64,000 bases of DNA from Pelomyxa schiedti (GCA_020536535.1 JAHLWZ010000840.1:18507-82506), one strand, 5' to 3'; counted from the stretch's first letter, positions 35,541 through 50,327 are shown. The notes: a model not told the origin generated them from the letters alone. A program made the numbers and translations.

Positions 35541-38326
35541 TCAATCGTTTTCTGTGTGGATGTTCAGGGTGTATTTTGAGGCTTGGGCCAGTTTTGGGTT
35601 GGTGCTATTGGTGTGTGTCTTCAATTTTGGTGCTAAACACAACGTTTTGGCTCGAGTTTGAACGTCGTGATCCTGAATCTGGTGTAGAGTTAGGTTTCAG
35701 CAACGGTGTTCACTGTCATACAAGAGTCCCAGCAGCTACAACTAGGTTGAGGGCTATTCTTTCATCTTTTTCTGAATCTAGCATCTGTACCAATTGAGAA
35801 AAACAGTTACGTGTACTGGACGCACTTGACAAACTGAAGTTATGCAATGTATTTTGCAGGCATCATTCTTTACAGTCGCAAGGCTGTAAGGGAGTGAGCA
35901 GAAAGAAATGATGAAGGAAAGTTGGAGGTGCACTTGACTAATAAGGCGGAAACAGCTGCTCGGAGAGAGATGTCAGGTGAAGGAATTGCGCCGGTTATTC
36001 TCCCCCACAAGTTTTGGCTTTCACAAAGGAAGATATATTCGGGGACACTTTACAAGTGTTATTCTGAGGAAGAAAACAAGGGAACTTACGAAAGAGCATT
36101 GACGGCAAGTCTCAAAGCGAGTAATTGATTTGAAAACGGGCTCGTTTTAGGTGCCAAGGCAAATGATCCTAGCTTTGAAATAAGATTCTAATTGCCCACA
36201 CCCAAACGTACGATCAAGAATAGGAATCTTCCGCTGAACAAAATATGCAGCAACATTTGGGAAACAAAGCAGTAATCGAAAGATATCCAAAACTTATTAA
36301 GAACATTAAATAGGCCTAACGTGAAAGGGGCTACCTGGGAATGCACTCGTAATTTGGGTGGCTAGCATTGACGCAATAGGAAGAGCGTCAAGAAGTGGAA
36401 GTATATCCGACTCTTGAATATTCGGATTGCTCAAGTGTGCAATCAGAGATAGGATGGCAGATTGTTCCTTTGGCGAATATCGGGATTCCTGTCCGCTTGT
36501 TGATTGAGGGAGAAAATCAACACAGTTATAAGTGTAGGAGGTATTACGTTTTGGAAATTCATTGCAATAAATTTTTCTTTGAAGTTAGGAGGAAGGCTCT
36601 TCTTAAATTTGATTAATTTTACCTGCACTTGGATGAGTGTTTCATAAAAGGAATGAAGAGGGAACATTTGGTATTAAACTGCAGTTCAACTCTTGTGATT
36701 GTGCATCTGGGAGGAGCTGTAATTCTTGGGGGGTAGGGGGAGTCCCTAGCTTGGAATTATGCACAGCCGTTTTCACAGCTATTTGAAATGAATTGGGATG
36801 AAAAAGACTATGAGAAATGGTAGGTAATACATTTTTGCACATGAATCCAAAGCCTATTTGCTAAGGTCAAGGAATTCTCTAAAACATGAAGTCCTTGTCG
36901 GAGAAGGTACTTCTGAATCTCAGCTTGGATATTTTGCTCTGCAAGCAGTTAGAACAGATGTTTCCGCACCGTAGTTATTGTTAACCTGTGAAATCGAAAG
37001 GGAAAAATGTAAGCTGACTCCCAACCATGATTGGTAAGACAAGGTCATAGTATCGTTGATCGTCGGGGTTTAGCTCCTTGACCCACCCTGGGTATTGCTT
37101 AGAGAAGAGGAACTTTATTTCTTTTGAGACCTTGAACCACCATTGGCTCTTCTGCTGTCTCATCTGATTCTAAATATTCTTGAAGCTTTGGAGGTTTCAC
37201 TTCTTCATCTACCAGGATATATTTCCTCTTCAGGGTTTCTTGATTGTCTAAAGTACTCGGATCGGTAGGGGGAAAATCTTTGAGATACACTCTGGGCAGA
37301 TTTGTGAATTTATAATCCGACCCAACAACCGTCAAAAGAGGAACAAAGTGTTGCTGTAGATATTGAGTTGAAAGTCACCAAAAGGAATAAATGGTACATG
37401 AGATTCATGGTTCCAGGAAAGAAAAACGGGCCGCTTAGTGCATACATCAGGTTGAAGACGAAGTGGTAAAATGGTTGCTGCGGCACCTCCTCCACCTTGC
37501 CCCAGTTCAGTCTTAGGCATTGAGACTTTGCTTTAGAATGGGTTAAGAGCATACATCTTTCAGGCCAGCAAAAATTACAATCGGACGACGAATTGCATTG
37601 GAAAGAGCCTGCACATGAATGTATTCAAGAGCCTGTCCATCAGTTTCGGCAATTTTCAAAACCTACAAAACAATCAGTCCAATACCAAAAGCAACCCAGG
37701 AGCCCACGAAACCTGGTCCCAATCTCCCATAACCCTCTCTTGGTACCACTCTTTCTGGGCTGACATCTCTGAATGGACCAAGCTGCGCAAGAGCGGGTGA
37801 TATTCATCCATCCCCCACAATGCAGTGCCCACAGCTCTAACGAGGCAGTTCCCGTCCCCTGTTGTAGTGTAGGGCACAACTAGCTGTGGAATAGGATCAA
37901 TTCCATCATGCATAAATGCCCCAGTAAGGTACTCCTTTGTTTGTTTATTTTGTAGTGAGCCAAAAGTAAGACCACAAGAGGAAGGAGGTGGAGGGGGAAA
38001 GGGGGAAAAAAAAAAGTGGGACACACCACAGCTTCTTTGTCACAAAGAGCTTCTCGTTTCTTTGCACTAGCAACAAAAACAGGCGGGATCTAAGCAACGA
38101 GATTATGCCGAGATGCGTGCGTTCGTATTGATTTATATTGGAGTTATATGCCCCACGCGACTCGTCGTGTGATGCCAATCAAGCCTCTTACGGTTCATAT
38201 TTTCAAAAGTTGTTTTTGGTTTGACACCTGAAACGTGGTGCTGGGGTCTGGGCGTGGCTCGGTTTTTACCAAGAGTTTCTTAGCCGTGCACAGAACACAA
38301 ATGCCCAACGACGTAGGGAGATGCAT
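35541..38326 (-). CDS. OTU-family deubiquitinase (A20/VCPIP1-like) fused to a C-terminal PUL domain
   Basis: TTGDGNCLVRAVGTALWG, LEYIHVQALSNAIRRPIVI, QHFVPL. PUL-like: AFPVLDIFRLLL, SNQLLALRLAVNAL, RAAVSALLV, ERIALNLVVAAGTL. Start codon tentative. Confidence 0.75.
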
Positions 38327-38604
38327 GGGTTTTTTTTTTTTTCTTTTTCTGAGTTGGGAACCAAGTTGGGCCGGGGGAATTCATGAGGGAATCTTGTCAT
38401 CTGAGGGGACTTCGGCAGCTTGATGTATGCCACGCGCACAAGGGATGGTGGAGGATTGGCAGATGGGATCCACAAGACCTTGATCGGGAATCAGCTGGAA
38501 TCTCTGAAAATGAAGTTTTGAGAGAAGCTTGATTCTTCTTCTAACCAGTTGATAACAGTGGTCTTAGAAGAATACGAAAAACAAACGAAATTCTCGCTCC
38601 TAGG

Positions 38605-40484
38605 ATGCATTCCGCAGTCGCGCACGCCCAATCTAACAACTTCGCCCTGCTGGCCGTATGTCTATCTAACGACACGCTTTGCGTTTTTGTTTTTTTTTTT
38701 TTCCGGCGTTTTTTTTTTTCCCTTCTCATGTGTGGGCAATGTTGCTAACGAATATATATACAAAAAAAAAAAATTAAAATTAAAAAAAAAGTTTGGAGCC
38801 CAGCTTATGATACTGATTCTCTTTGGATGCTGCACTGAGTATTGTGACGATGCAAAGGTAACAACTGGCGACCCTGTGGACCACGAGTACGAGGGCTTAC
38901 ATGAGTACACATACTTCAGCGACGTTCACATCATGATCTTTGTTGGATTCGGGTTCCTTATGACTTTTTTGAAGAAATACGGATTTAGTGCTGTTGCCTT
39001 CAATTTCTTCCTGAGTGCTTTGGCGTTTCAGTGGGCAATTTTAGTAAATGGGTTCTGGAACTGTGTTAATGCTCATGAGTGGGTCAGGATACCAGTCTCC
39101 ATTGAATCGTGAGATCCCCCTTAAACTCATCTTAACCCTAATGATACACAAGAATTATTGAGGGTGACTTTGCTGCTGGTTCCGTTATGATTTCGTTTGG
39201 TGCTGTCATAGGAAAAGTTTCCACTGTTCAACTGACTATAATGACCATAATACATCTAATTGTTTATGGTGCAAATAAAGTTATATTGGAGAGGGAACTC
39301 GAGATTGTAGGTAGAGTGCATTGTCCTTCATCCCTTTGCTTTTTTGTTTTTTAAATATTAGACAAGATATTGGAGGATCCCTTGTCATCCATGCCTTTGG
39401 TGCCTATTTTGGCCTCACTGTGAGTAGGATTGTTTCTCCAAAGGCTTCAAAAACGAATGACGACTGCGGCTCTGTTTATCACTCCGACCTTTTTGCCATG
39501 ATTGGTATACTTACCATGCATTTAAGTCGTTCATTAGAACCAATGCTTAGCTCAAAATAGGAACTATATTCCTCTGGATCATGTGGCCCAGCTTCAACGC
39601 TGCTCTTGCTGGAGAAAATTCTAAGCAGGAACGAACAATTCTAAATACAGCCATCAGCTTGGCGGCCTGCTGCGTTGTAGCCTTTGCTTTGTCACAAATG
39701 ACACGGCCCCATCATCACTTTGACATGGTATGCTTCCATTGGTCTCCATTTATAACACATTTGTAGGTTGATATTCAAAATGCCACGCTCGCCGGAGGTG
39801 TTGCCGTCGGCGCATCAGCATGCATGAATCTGTATTTAGTTGGTGCAATGGCAATTGGTATCACAGCAGGAACAATTAGCACCTTGGGATTCCGCTATCT
39901 CCAACCATTCCTACAGAACCGTTTTGGATTACATGACACTTGTGGAGTTTGTATTCAATTTGTCTTACCTTTTCGCTCACGGGCCAATAGGTCCACAACT
40001 TGCACGGTATGCCAGGTCTGCTTGGTGGGTTGTGTGCCGTCATAGCAGCTGCCATTGTAAAGCAGGAGGATTATGGGACAACTGAAAGCGAGGCACTTGA
40101 AAACATTGGCGTTGTTTTCCCAGAAATGGGAACAGGAAGGTCCGCCAGTGAACAAGCTCTTTGCCAGGTAACACATTACAATCCTAGTATAATGATAACA
40201 ATAGCATACCTAAAACTAACAAACAACAAACAAACAAAAAAAAAAAAAAAACACAGTTAGCGGGAATTGGCGTAACTCTCGGAATGGCCCTCGTTGGTGG
40301 CGCTATTGCCGGTGGAGTACTGTCCATACCTGGGATTCAAGGAAAGCCCGAGACGTTCTACCACGACATGGAGTACTGGCACATGCCCGACTGGGACACC
40401 GACCTCGAGAAGGCCGCTGCTCTCGAAGGCGCGGACGCTCCCGCCGACGAGTCCAAGGACAAGGACAAGGACGTGTCTCTCTAA
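38605..40484 (+). CDS. Rh-type (Rh50) ammonium/gas channel
   Basis: [95 protein letters not shown]. Confidence 0.95.
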
Positions 40485-40559
40485 CGACGATGAGAGCACG
40501 CCGGCGTGTTGCTTTTGTTACTTTCAGCAAAAAGATGTGTCTTAAACAAACAAATCCTT

Positions 40560-41549
40560 TCTTTTACTTACTTTCTTGTAAACTTGTGTTTTTTCTTCGT
40601 CGGTGTGCAGATGGAAAGATGGACAGATGGAAGGAAGTTGCCGAGAAAGGCAAACTCACTCCATTCCCCAAAGGTCGACAATGAGCATGTACTTGCCATT
40701 CTCTCCTGTCATCCTTCCTACAGGGTTTTTATTTTGACAAATGGGGAAAAAGTACAAGGACGACCACCTGCAAGGCCAACTCCTTTTTCTTGATCTTCCA
40801 GGCGTAACTCCCCTTCATTTGCCTTTTTGGATCCCTCTTCCATCGACTTGCGTAGTTCGTCATCAGTGGCCTTGTATTGTGTGTTGATTGAAGCGCTAAG
40901 GCAGGAAGAACTTACCCCTCTCTCCATTATCTTGATGTTGAAGTGATCTTCGTGTGCCCGCTGTGTGTATCTCACGCTCCACATTATGCACACTCGTAAG
41001 CCACTTTTTGGGTGATTAAACCGCAAGTGAATTGAATCAAATCACGCAATTACCTATCAGAAATATCTAGGTAGGTATTAGAAATTAAGTTTGAAGTTAG
41101 GGAATACCATAGGAGAAGACCCCACTTGTTCCTCGCAATGTAACAGGGCTCTTAGCGAATAATGAACCAGTACCCATTTCTGCCTGTTACGATGTTAGTA
41201 TGAATTTATCAGGCTTGTGCACTATACCTCAACTGTTTCAGCGTCAGGAATTTTAGTGCTTTCCATTCCCTTTCGCCTATTAACACCATTGTATGCTAGA
41301 GGCGATACGTACGTGAGCAACGTATACTTGTCGATTAACGAGATTGTCCTCATGCAGCCAGTTGTTTAGCACTAGAGGCTGTTAATAATTTCCTTTGAGG
41401 AAATACAGAGATCATACCTACGCCACAGGCCCTTCTGTGTTCGTGTCCTTTCAGGAGCTCAGCTACTTTGTTTGCAATCCTAGGACAATCAGTAACAAGA
41501 AATTGTAAGGTCTTGTCTCTCACTCATCACCAGCCTTGATCTGTGACAT
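40560..41549 (-). CDS. Hypothetical multi-exon protein
   Basis: ATG at 41549 (MSQIKAGDE), several GT-AG bounded exons and ORF 40718-41026. No recognisable domain; 3' end approximate. Confidence 0.4.
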
Positions 41550-42036
41550 TGGTAGCTGTTATATTTTTTTTGTAATGTTATGATTTTTGAGGATCTCGAG
41601 TCTTATTTATTGCCTGTGCAGGGCAATACTGTCAAATGCAGAAAGTTGAGAAAAAAAGGAACACAGTGGCGTCAAAAGTTTCATAGGATAAAATTGAAAA
41701 CTGGACTGACCACAGAGGTGGCAGTGCAGTGCCCGTGCAACCAGTACAACACCAACTTGGCGGCAGAGTCAGAACATGCAAAAAAATTCTTGGTTTCAAC
41801 CGATCAGTTTCTTGAAACAGGCGAAAAAAACGAGGCCCAACGGGGCGAATGATCCGTCGTTGCCACGGCCATAAGGTGGTGCTGAGCACGAGGCAATTCC
41901 CCCGCCTGTATTATCTATCAGAAAAGGTGTTTGCAATCTATAATGGCTCTGTTCTGTTGTACTATGCCACGCTGCTTGCTGCTGCTTGCTGCTATCCCCA
42001 AATGTGATATGCTGCCAGACCCACCCAAACTCCCAG

Positions 42037-42121
42037 CTCCAAAATGCACCGCTCCAAATGCTCCCAAATGCACCGCTCCAAATGCTCCCAAATGCTCCTT
42101 GTGCTGCTCCAAATGCACCGC
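42037..42121. repeat. Minisatellite, 24-bp unit AAATGCACCGCTCCAAATGCTCCC
   Basis: Two perfect copies (42042-42065, 42066-42089) plus partial copies. Confidence 0.85.
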
Positions 42122-43537
42122 CACACGTATGATTCTCACTGTAAGTGTCGCACATTATGCCACCGCTGCTCTTCCACTGTTTCTTTTTTTTTAATTATTG
42201 TTTTTTTTGTATTTTTTCCTTAAAAAACGAAAATTTGGGCGCCAAACCCAAATTTTGGAGGAAAGCAGCGATACCCCAACTTGGAGTCAAGGTACATGTG
42301 CTGCACATGGAGTTCCACAACCGGGCAAACAGTCCAATGGAAAAAAAAAAACCAAATTTTTTTGCTGCGTTGGTATTGCGTTAATGCCTTAAGTGGCACA
42401 TTACAAAAGGGGAATGACGTGGACAAAGGGTAAGTGTGCAATGTGGTGAAGACCTTGAGAGCAGTCTTGTTGTGATTGCGTAGGCTGTTGCGTAGTGTAT
42501 ATATATAATTATTATTGGTTGCAGTGGTGCTGTGATGGAGGCTGCTGATAGTGGTTGTTGTGATCCGCAGGCAGATACCTGGGATTTGTCTCCACCAGTG
42601 ATGATCATGAGGTTTCCATTCATCCACGCATCAGGGATGATGTTACTTGGCTGACCATGAAAGTGAACCACGACCGGTTGTAGTCGGTGGTTGTTGTTGG
42701 GAGTTGTGCGCAATTGCTGCCAGTTCGGCACTGCTCGCATTGGATCAAGACGGTTCGGGTGCAGTCCTCGTAAATGACTTTTCTGGGGAGGCTCTGTGCA
42801 TGTCATACCACTCTGCAGCACTGAGTGTGGGGAATACAAATTCTGTCCAACATGCTGGACTCTGCCAGACTGCATCCAATTGACAAAATATGTATTGTGA
42901 AGAAGACCTTCCCACCTTACAATTTGGTGAGCTCTCAACTCCTTTGAATTTGTATGAGTTTATGACATAGAAAAAGAAAAAGGACCTGCTGGCTGATTAT
43001 GCTGTGAAGAACTCTTGAACACATTTCGGTGACAACTAGACTCAGTGTAAGGACGGTCCAACAGGCTTTGCAAGAAGCGATATACAACCTTTTTAAAACA
43101 AGGCAACTCACTCATTTTCATTGCGAGACAGGCAAGACTCGACATCCTCCGCATTCACAGCAAAAGCTGGTGCATTTTCGGAAGCACTCAGGGGTGCGCG
43201 CCTTGAGTTGGCACAGTGGCTTGCCTGGCGTGTTGATTGAAGTTGGTTCGAAATGTACGGCGGGGATGCCTGTCACACCGAATGCCATGGGAACCTCGAC
43301 TCGAGGATTTGTTCTTCGAGAAGAACAACCTCAGAACCCACCGGCACACAGCCTCGAACACGATCCCCGAGAGGAAATTCTCCTGCGCGTAGGAGAGGAC
43401 ATCACCCCCCGTTCCCGCATGCACACTCTCCTTGAAAGGCGAGTGACTCCCTGAGGGCACACAACTGTGTGGCCGGTGATGCGGAACAAGAGAGGCCTCT
43501 TCGGTACAGAAGGGACAAATTTTTTTCCTTTCGTTTT

Positions 43538-44422
<885 letters not shown>

Positions 44423-44620
44423 TGTTCGTTTGTTGGTTATTGGGCAACAGATATGTGATTTGGGTCCCCCCTCAACCAGTCCTGGTGGGGCATCTGAACC
44501 CGCAGAGTTGGAGAAACTCGTTGACTGCAGTGTCTCAAGGGAGAGGGTGTGAGACGCCCTGCCTGAGATGGATTTCGACCCGTACTGAGCCAACGGAATT
44601 TCGCAGTATTGCTCGAAGCA

Positions 44621-46190
44621 ATGGAACATGGCTTGCCAACGACGGCCGGCGTGCTGCAACAGGCACAGCCACTGCCACTGCCACAACACCCACCCCCACA
44701 ACAACAACAACAATCACGGCAGGTTGAGCTCGAACAACACCAACTTGGTCAGCTGACGGACGACGAGATTCTTCGGGTCGAAGTGGCACTCTTCCTGTCG
44801 TTTCTCAACCGAACTTCCCTACAACAGCACCACGTTATGTCTGGCAACTTAGACACCACGGTACCAACTTCTGCATCTCCAGCAACAACTACAACAACCA
44901 CCTCTACATCTCGAACACCACTGCATCCAAGCCACGACGAAAAATCCGGTGCTCCAGAGCCCACGTCTTCCTCGGCAGCTACTGATGGCCAGGGCCCTGC
45001 TGTCTCCTCGATTTCGAAGTCTTGCTCGGCGCCATGCGTTAGTGGGGGCCAGGACCAGATTGTGGGACGCGAGAGGAGGATCAAGTTGACCGTGGAACAA
45101 AGGACGAGAGTGGCAGATTACGAGTTGCAATTGCTACGCGTTCAACTCCACGAGTTGCAGCAATTGAGGAATAACTCACTGGCTGAGATTGAAGTATGGG
45201 CCTATGACTGTTTCTACTCCCATAATCTCTTATTGTATCTCGTAGTCTATAAAAGACAAATGGAACCTGCGATTGGCAGCACTGAAAAGGAAAGAGTACG
45301 AGCTGCACAAATGCTTGTCTCCGTCAATACATAATTCTACGAGGCAACGGGATTCGGCCTCTCAGAGACCGTCCTTACAACCGGACACTCTGAATTTGCT
45401 GCAAGTGCAGATGTTGGAGCAAGAGAGGCAAGTACAGAGGCTGCAATCCCACATTTCCGGCCTGCGGGCAACAGTGGTGTGGATGCTAAACAGCCTTAAG
45501 CGAAAGGAATCAGCCCTAGCACGGAGGGGAGTCCACGACGACCCCAAAGAAAGAGAGCGCCTCGAAACGGAAAATCGGGAAATGCAGGTACCTCAGTTTT
45601 TCACTCGGGAAATAAAAATCCACTCAATCCGACAGACACAAATAGGAAAACTCAACTTAGAATTAGTGGCAACAAAGAAAAACCTTATGCAGACTACCCA
45701 TCAACTAAATAAAACTAAGGTCCTTCCATCATACTATGCTCGTTACTCTGATAACTTGGACGCAGGAAACACTAAATGCACTCCTTAAAAAGAATTCCAG
45801 TTTGGCTGTCCAATTGAAACAAAACAGGGAGTGGTGAGTAAATTCACACTGCAGAAAGGATCTTACACATTGAAGGATTTCCAGAATCAGAGACGAAGGA
45901 GAGCTTCTTTCCCGCGAGTGTCATGAAGCTGAAATCACCAACAAAGAGCTTACCCAACTAAGGGTGCGGTTACATGTTCCATGTCTCTCTTAATCACAGA
46001 CAGCAGACACAAACCAAAACCGAAATACCAGGAGTGTTTGAAAGTGTACAGCAGCAAGCAACTCTTCTTGAGCTTGATAAGCAAATTGCGTCCTGGAAAC
46101 GGAAAATTGAAATCGCAAGTGTATGTACCCATTTTTCCCCTACACCAAGCTCACAACCTCTTCAAGATTGCAACTAAAAACCACCACTAA
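44621..46190 (+). CDS. CCDC113: CCDC113/CFAP263-like coiled-coil (DUF4201) cilia-associated protein
   Basis: LTVEQRTRVADYEL..., ERLETENREM, C-terminal IPGVFESVQQQATLLELDKQIASWKRKIEIA. Confidence 0.65.
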
Positions 46191-46511
46191 ATGCCTCGTT
46201 GGCCAGGGCACTTTTCCTATTGTGTTTATAAAAATTTACTGTAAAAAAATCCCATAAGGGCGCTTTGCCAACAGTTCACCCAAAACTTTTCTTTAGCACA
46301 GTTTTGAAGATAACCGTTGCCTACGAGGTGATGATTCATAAGTGGAGCATTGCCTAACCGAGCTTCGTGAAATAAGAGTCCCAGATACTGGGATCAACAT
46401 CTTGAGGTTGGTTCCACACCAAATGGTCACATATTATTTTTATAATTAATTATCTTTTTTTTTTCTTTTTTTTTAAAAATGAGAAGAGTATGACACTGGT
46501 TTGGTTCTATT

Positions 46512-49500
46512 TTAGTCCTCTTCAAGCTTTTCCACTAGTGACTCCAGATAGGATTTGTCGGGAGTGTTACATCTATGGTGATGTGAGGTGTGGAGAAGAT
46601 GTGATTGTATTACCTTGCGGTAATTGACTGCAGTTGATCCAAGTTTTTGGCCTTAAAAGCTGTATCACCGGCAAACCGCCATTCCCTAAGTATGTTGAGG
46701 ATTCTGGGTGGACATGGACAAAACCAAGAGGGAAATACAAACCCGACTCGAATGTAGTATTCTGCACGTGAGACTGGATCAACTATTTTCTGAATATACC
46801 GAAGGGCAGGTTCAAAGACAGGAGCAACACAACTAGCAATAGCCACGTCGGCAAATGGCTGTGAAGCTTATAAAAAAAATGAGGGTAAAGGAAGCAGCTT
46901 ACCTCATATCCGATGGGAGACTTTTTCTCTTGTGCGAAATTCCATAGATGCGCAAATCTTTCGTCTTTGTTTTCCTCTTGGGAAAGGGATTTGAGGCGCA
47001 ACCACCATAGTCTTTTATGCGTTTAAAATTAGAATGTAAATGGGGGGATTTCTCCTACGTTTTTTCGGGAATTTTGAAATCTTTCACTATTTTTCGCACT
47101 CTGGTGTGGTCTCCAACACTGAGTAGCTTAAGAATTGTATCACTAACAGATGATCCAAAGAATGATTGCTTTGGAATGGCAATCTCTAAGTCTCTTTGAG
47201 TGAGGAACAGTCGAATCTGTTCCTCTGTAGCCTAGACTTCCCAGGTTAAATGGAACGGGAGTATAAAGGAGTGTCAACCTTGGCGTGGAACATATGATCT
47301 TTGGATGTTTGGTAAAGAGAAAGGGCATTTTGCATTCCCGCAAGAAGTGCTTCAAATTTCTTTGTAAAGATTAGTCTCAGAACTGCATGATAATGCATAC
47401 ATCTTCGCTGTGGGCATCTCTAATGTGCACTGCTGCTTTGAGGTGGGGTTGATCCATATGGAAGTACAGTTTTTTTAGTAGGTCGTGGTTTTGTTGCTTG
47501 CAGTAGGACAACAACAGCTCCAGAGCTGCTGGTCGCTGCCTCACTATCTCCAAAAAGTCACGTGGTTGTTTGGTGCGGATCATATGGAGGAGAACCAAAA
47601 AGACTGAGGGAATATTTAGGAAAAAAAAAAACCAATAGGATGCCATACCCAAATCAGTATCCCCACTTTCCACAGCTTTAGCGAGGGCTACTTCTTCTTG
47701 TGCCATTCTGAGGAGCAGAGGAACTTGCTCTGCTGCCCGTGGTTCGTAATCCAATAGCTATGGAAAGTGTAATTAAGAAATATTCTTAATAGAGAGTAAA
47801 GAACCTTAGTGGCCAGGCTTTTCTTGGACGACTGGTATGCAACAGAGGCAATTCTTGCATAAGAGATGCCCGGATATTCCTTCAGTTTATCATAAATATC
47901 CCGACTGAGCTCGGGAAGATCAGTAGGAGAAGCTTGAACTTTTTCACAGGCCCAACCAAGGAGTACCCGTTGAACAGGAAGACCGAGATGCTTGCTAGAT
48001 GAATACAGGTGAGACATCATTCGTCGTGTATTGGTATTTTCTCTTAAAACCTGATATGATATGCTAGAAGATGTTTGCGAAGGTTCATTAACCGGGTAAC
48101 AAGCCCTTCTGGGGTGAGTCGCTGGTATTGTGCATATGTAATAGGGATGCCAACCTGCAAGAGTAAATTTTGAGTGCAAGAAGACATTCTACCTCAGCAA
48201 CTCGAATTGCATTCAAAACTCGCAGTGTTTTGCACATACTCAAAAATTTATCTGGCCGGTAAACGTCAAGGAAAGCTTTTCCAAATGCGGCAGCCTGAGT
48301 GATGGCATTCAGTTACGTACGTAAGTCGGATATTTTATACTTTCAAAAGTGTTCTTTGAATCTTTGGATTGAAGTCATTCCCAGCAGCTTCTATACAAGT
48401 CTCTACAGCATTTGTCAGGTCGGCTTTGATGCTGCGTACATTCTCATCAGCCTTAGGACTATTTTTCTGCGAAAAATGAGCACGGGGGAACATGGATAGA
48501 AAGAAAAAAAGAAAAAGTGCACCATGTAATGCTCCAGGGCATCATAGAGCATTGCAGCAGGGGCAGTTGACCCGATTTGGAATATCTGAACAGTGACATC
48601 GGGTACTTTGTGAACAAATTCACATGTTTCATTACTGAATACCCTAACGCCATCACATTCTGGAACAAGACTAAGTGGTTGGTCATAGGGCCACCTTGTT
48701 GTAGTTATTTTATGCTCTACAATTGTACGGTACAACAACTAAATAAAAAAGGAAAAGGAAAATAACTTGATTTGGTCTCCTGCAGGACCAACCATCATCA
48801 ACAACTGATCCCAGTACATTAAAACAGAATCATTTCCACACCTTGATTTCGTGAGAGGATTCTACAGCCAAATACTTACCAGGTGAGTTGTTTAGGACTA
48901 TTCCGAGTTCCAGTATTGCACTCGGTCAGTTGTTTAGAGAAATTGGCTAGAACAACCCAGAGGTTCCCACTTGTTGTGAAACATGCAAGAAGTTTGCCGG
49001 AAGGTGAGATGCACATTTTGGTGAAAGGACCATTTGAAAGAAGTTGATCTGTCACATTCTAATGTGAGGTCAGCTCGAGTGAAACCAAGTAGCCTTTACC
49101 ATAAGTGATATTTCTTTTATGGTGCCCTTTTCATTGGCTAATAATACTACAGGAGGTTGGTCGGGATCTGCGGAAGTTGGGGGAAATACAGTCCAGCTGG
49201 TAGGTGGTTGGGTTTCATTGGGATTAGCAAGAGTGAAAATTCTTGGTTCTATGCTCTCAACCTATTCACTGGGATGAGTCGAAAGAAGCTAACTCCCTTC
49301 CCATTTAACTTACGTCGAATACTCCAACGAAGCGAACATTTGCTGTTAGTGCTACAAAGCCGTCACCCCACATTTGAACATCAACAAGCCGGTCATTTTT
49401 GATATCCTTTTTTGTGTTGTTAGATAGTGGGTTTTTTTTATATGAAAACCTCTCCAAGGTGGAAAGAGCCAACTTTGCTACCATATACAGTATACAAAAC

Positions 49501-50112
49501 TACATTTCCATCCCTGAATGATTGTAAATGGTCTTATTATTTCTTTTTTTTTTTTTTTTTTTTTTTTGATAAAGAAAACAAACGCACTCCAATATTACAG
49601 CAAGGTGAGTTTTAGATGTCCAACCAAGCCCTGCGATTTTGCCAGGTCCAGGCTTTTGGGGAATTAGTTATGTGTTCATTTGCTTGGAAATTATGAGCTC
49701 ACAAGGAATCTGTGTATTGGGGAACCAGACGAAGTGTAAATACTGATGTGGTCTTCAACGCCAGGAAGATTTTTTTTTGGATCCTTCACCAAAGCTTCGA
49801 GAGTAAGAAAGCAACGCTCATGGCAAATTGAAGCACACACCAATTTGACCACCATAAGGTGCCGCAGCGAGCGCATGTGTCCCCAGTTCGACATTAGGCC
49901 ACGTCATGTCGTAGATCTTGTGCCTCCTTCAAGAAACAAAGTTAAGCATATCGTTCACTCACTCGTTCCCCTTTAGCCAACGGAAGAAGAACAATAACTC
50001 AATGGCCCAACGCCCAACTGGCATTTCACGTTGGGACAAGGCAATACCTGTAGAACTTGTCGGACATACGCTGCCATGTACCAGCTGGGTTCTGTGTCTC
50101 CAAGTCCACCAT
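46512..50112 (-). CDS. VPS16: Vacuolar protein sorting 16 (CORVET/HOPS core)
   Basis: IYDMTW...AAAPYGGQI, PECDGVRVFS, IFQIGSTAPAAMLYDA, GISYARIA, EPRAAEQVPLLL, KAVESGDTDL, KKSPIGYEPF. Confidence 0.95.
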
Positions 50113-50327
50113 CTCGTGGTCTTTGGCTTAATACTTTTGCGAAAAACAGAAAAACAAAATGTTTCTTCCGTTTTGATTTCGTTTTGATCGGCGCGAACTC
50201 GGCCAGCAGGAAGAGGGAAAAAAAAGTCTTTTGTAAGCCAGGAAGGGAGGACACCGCCACATAGATAACATCAAACATAAAAGCCCATAAGTCAGTCGGG
50301 GTGTTTTGTGTTTTTTATTTTGTGGGA

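Noticed and set aside
42037-42121. CRISPR-like array
   Set aside because: Units are directly adjacent with no unique spacers; eukaryotic context and no cas genes.
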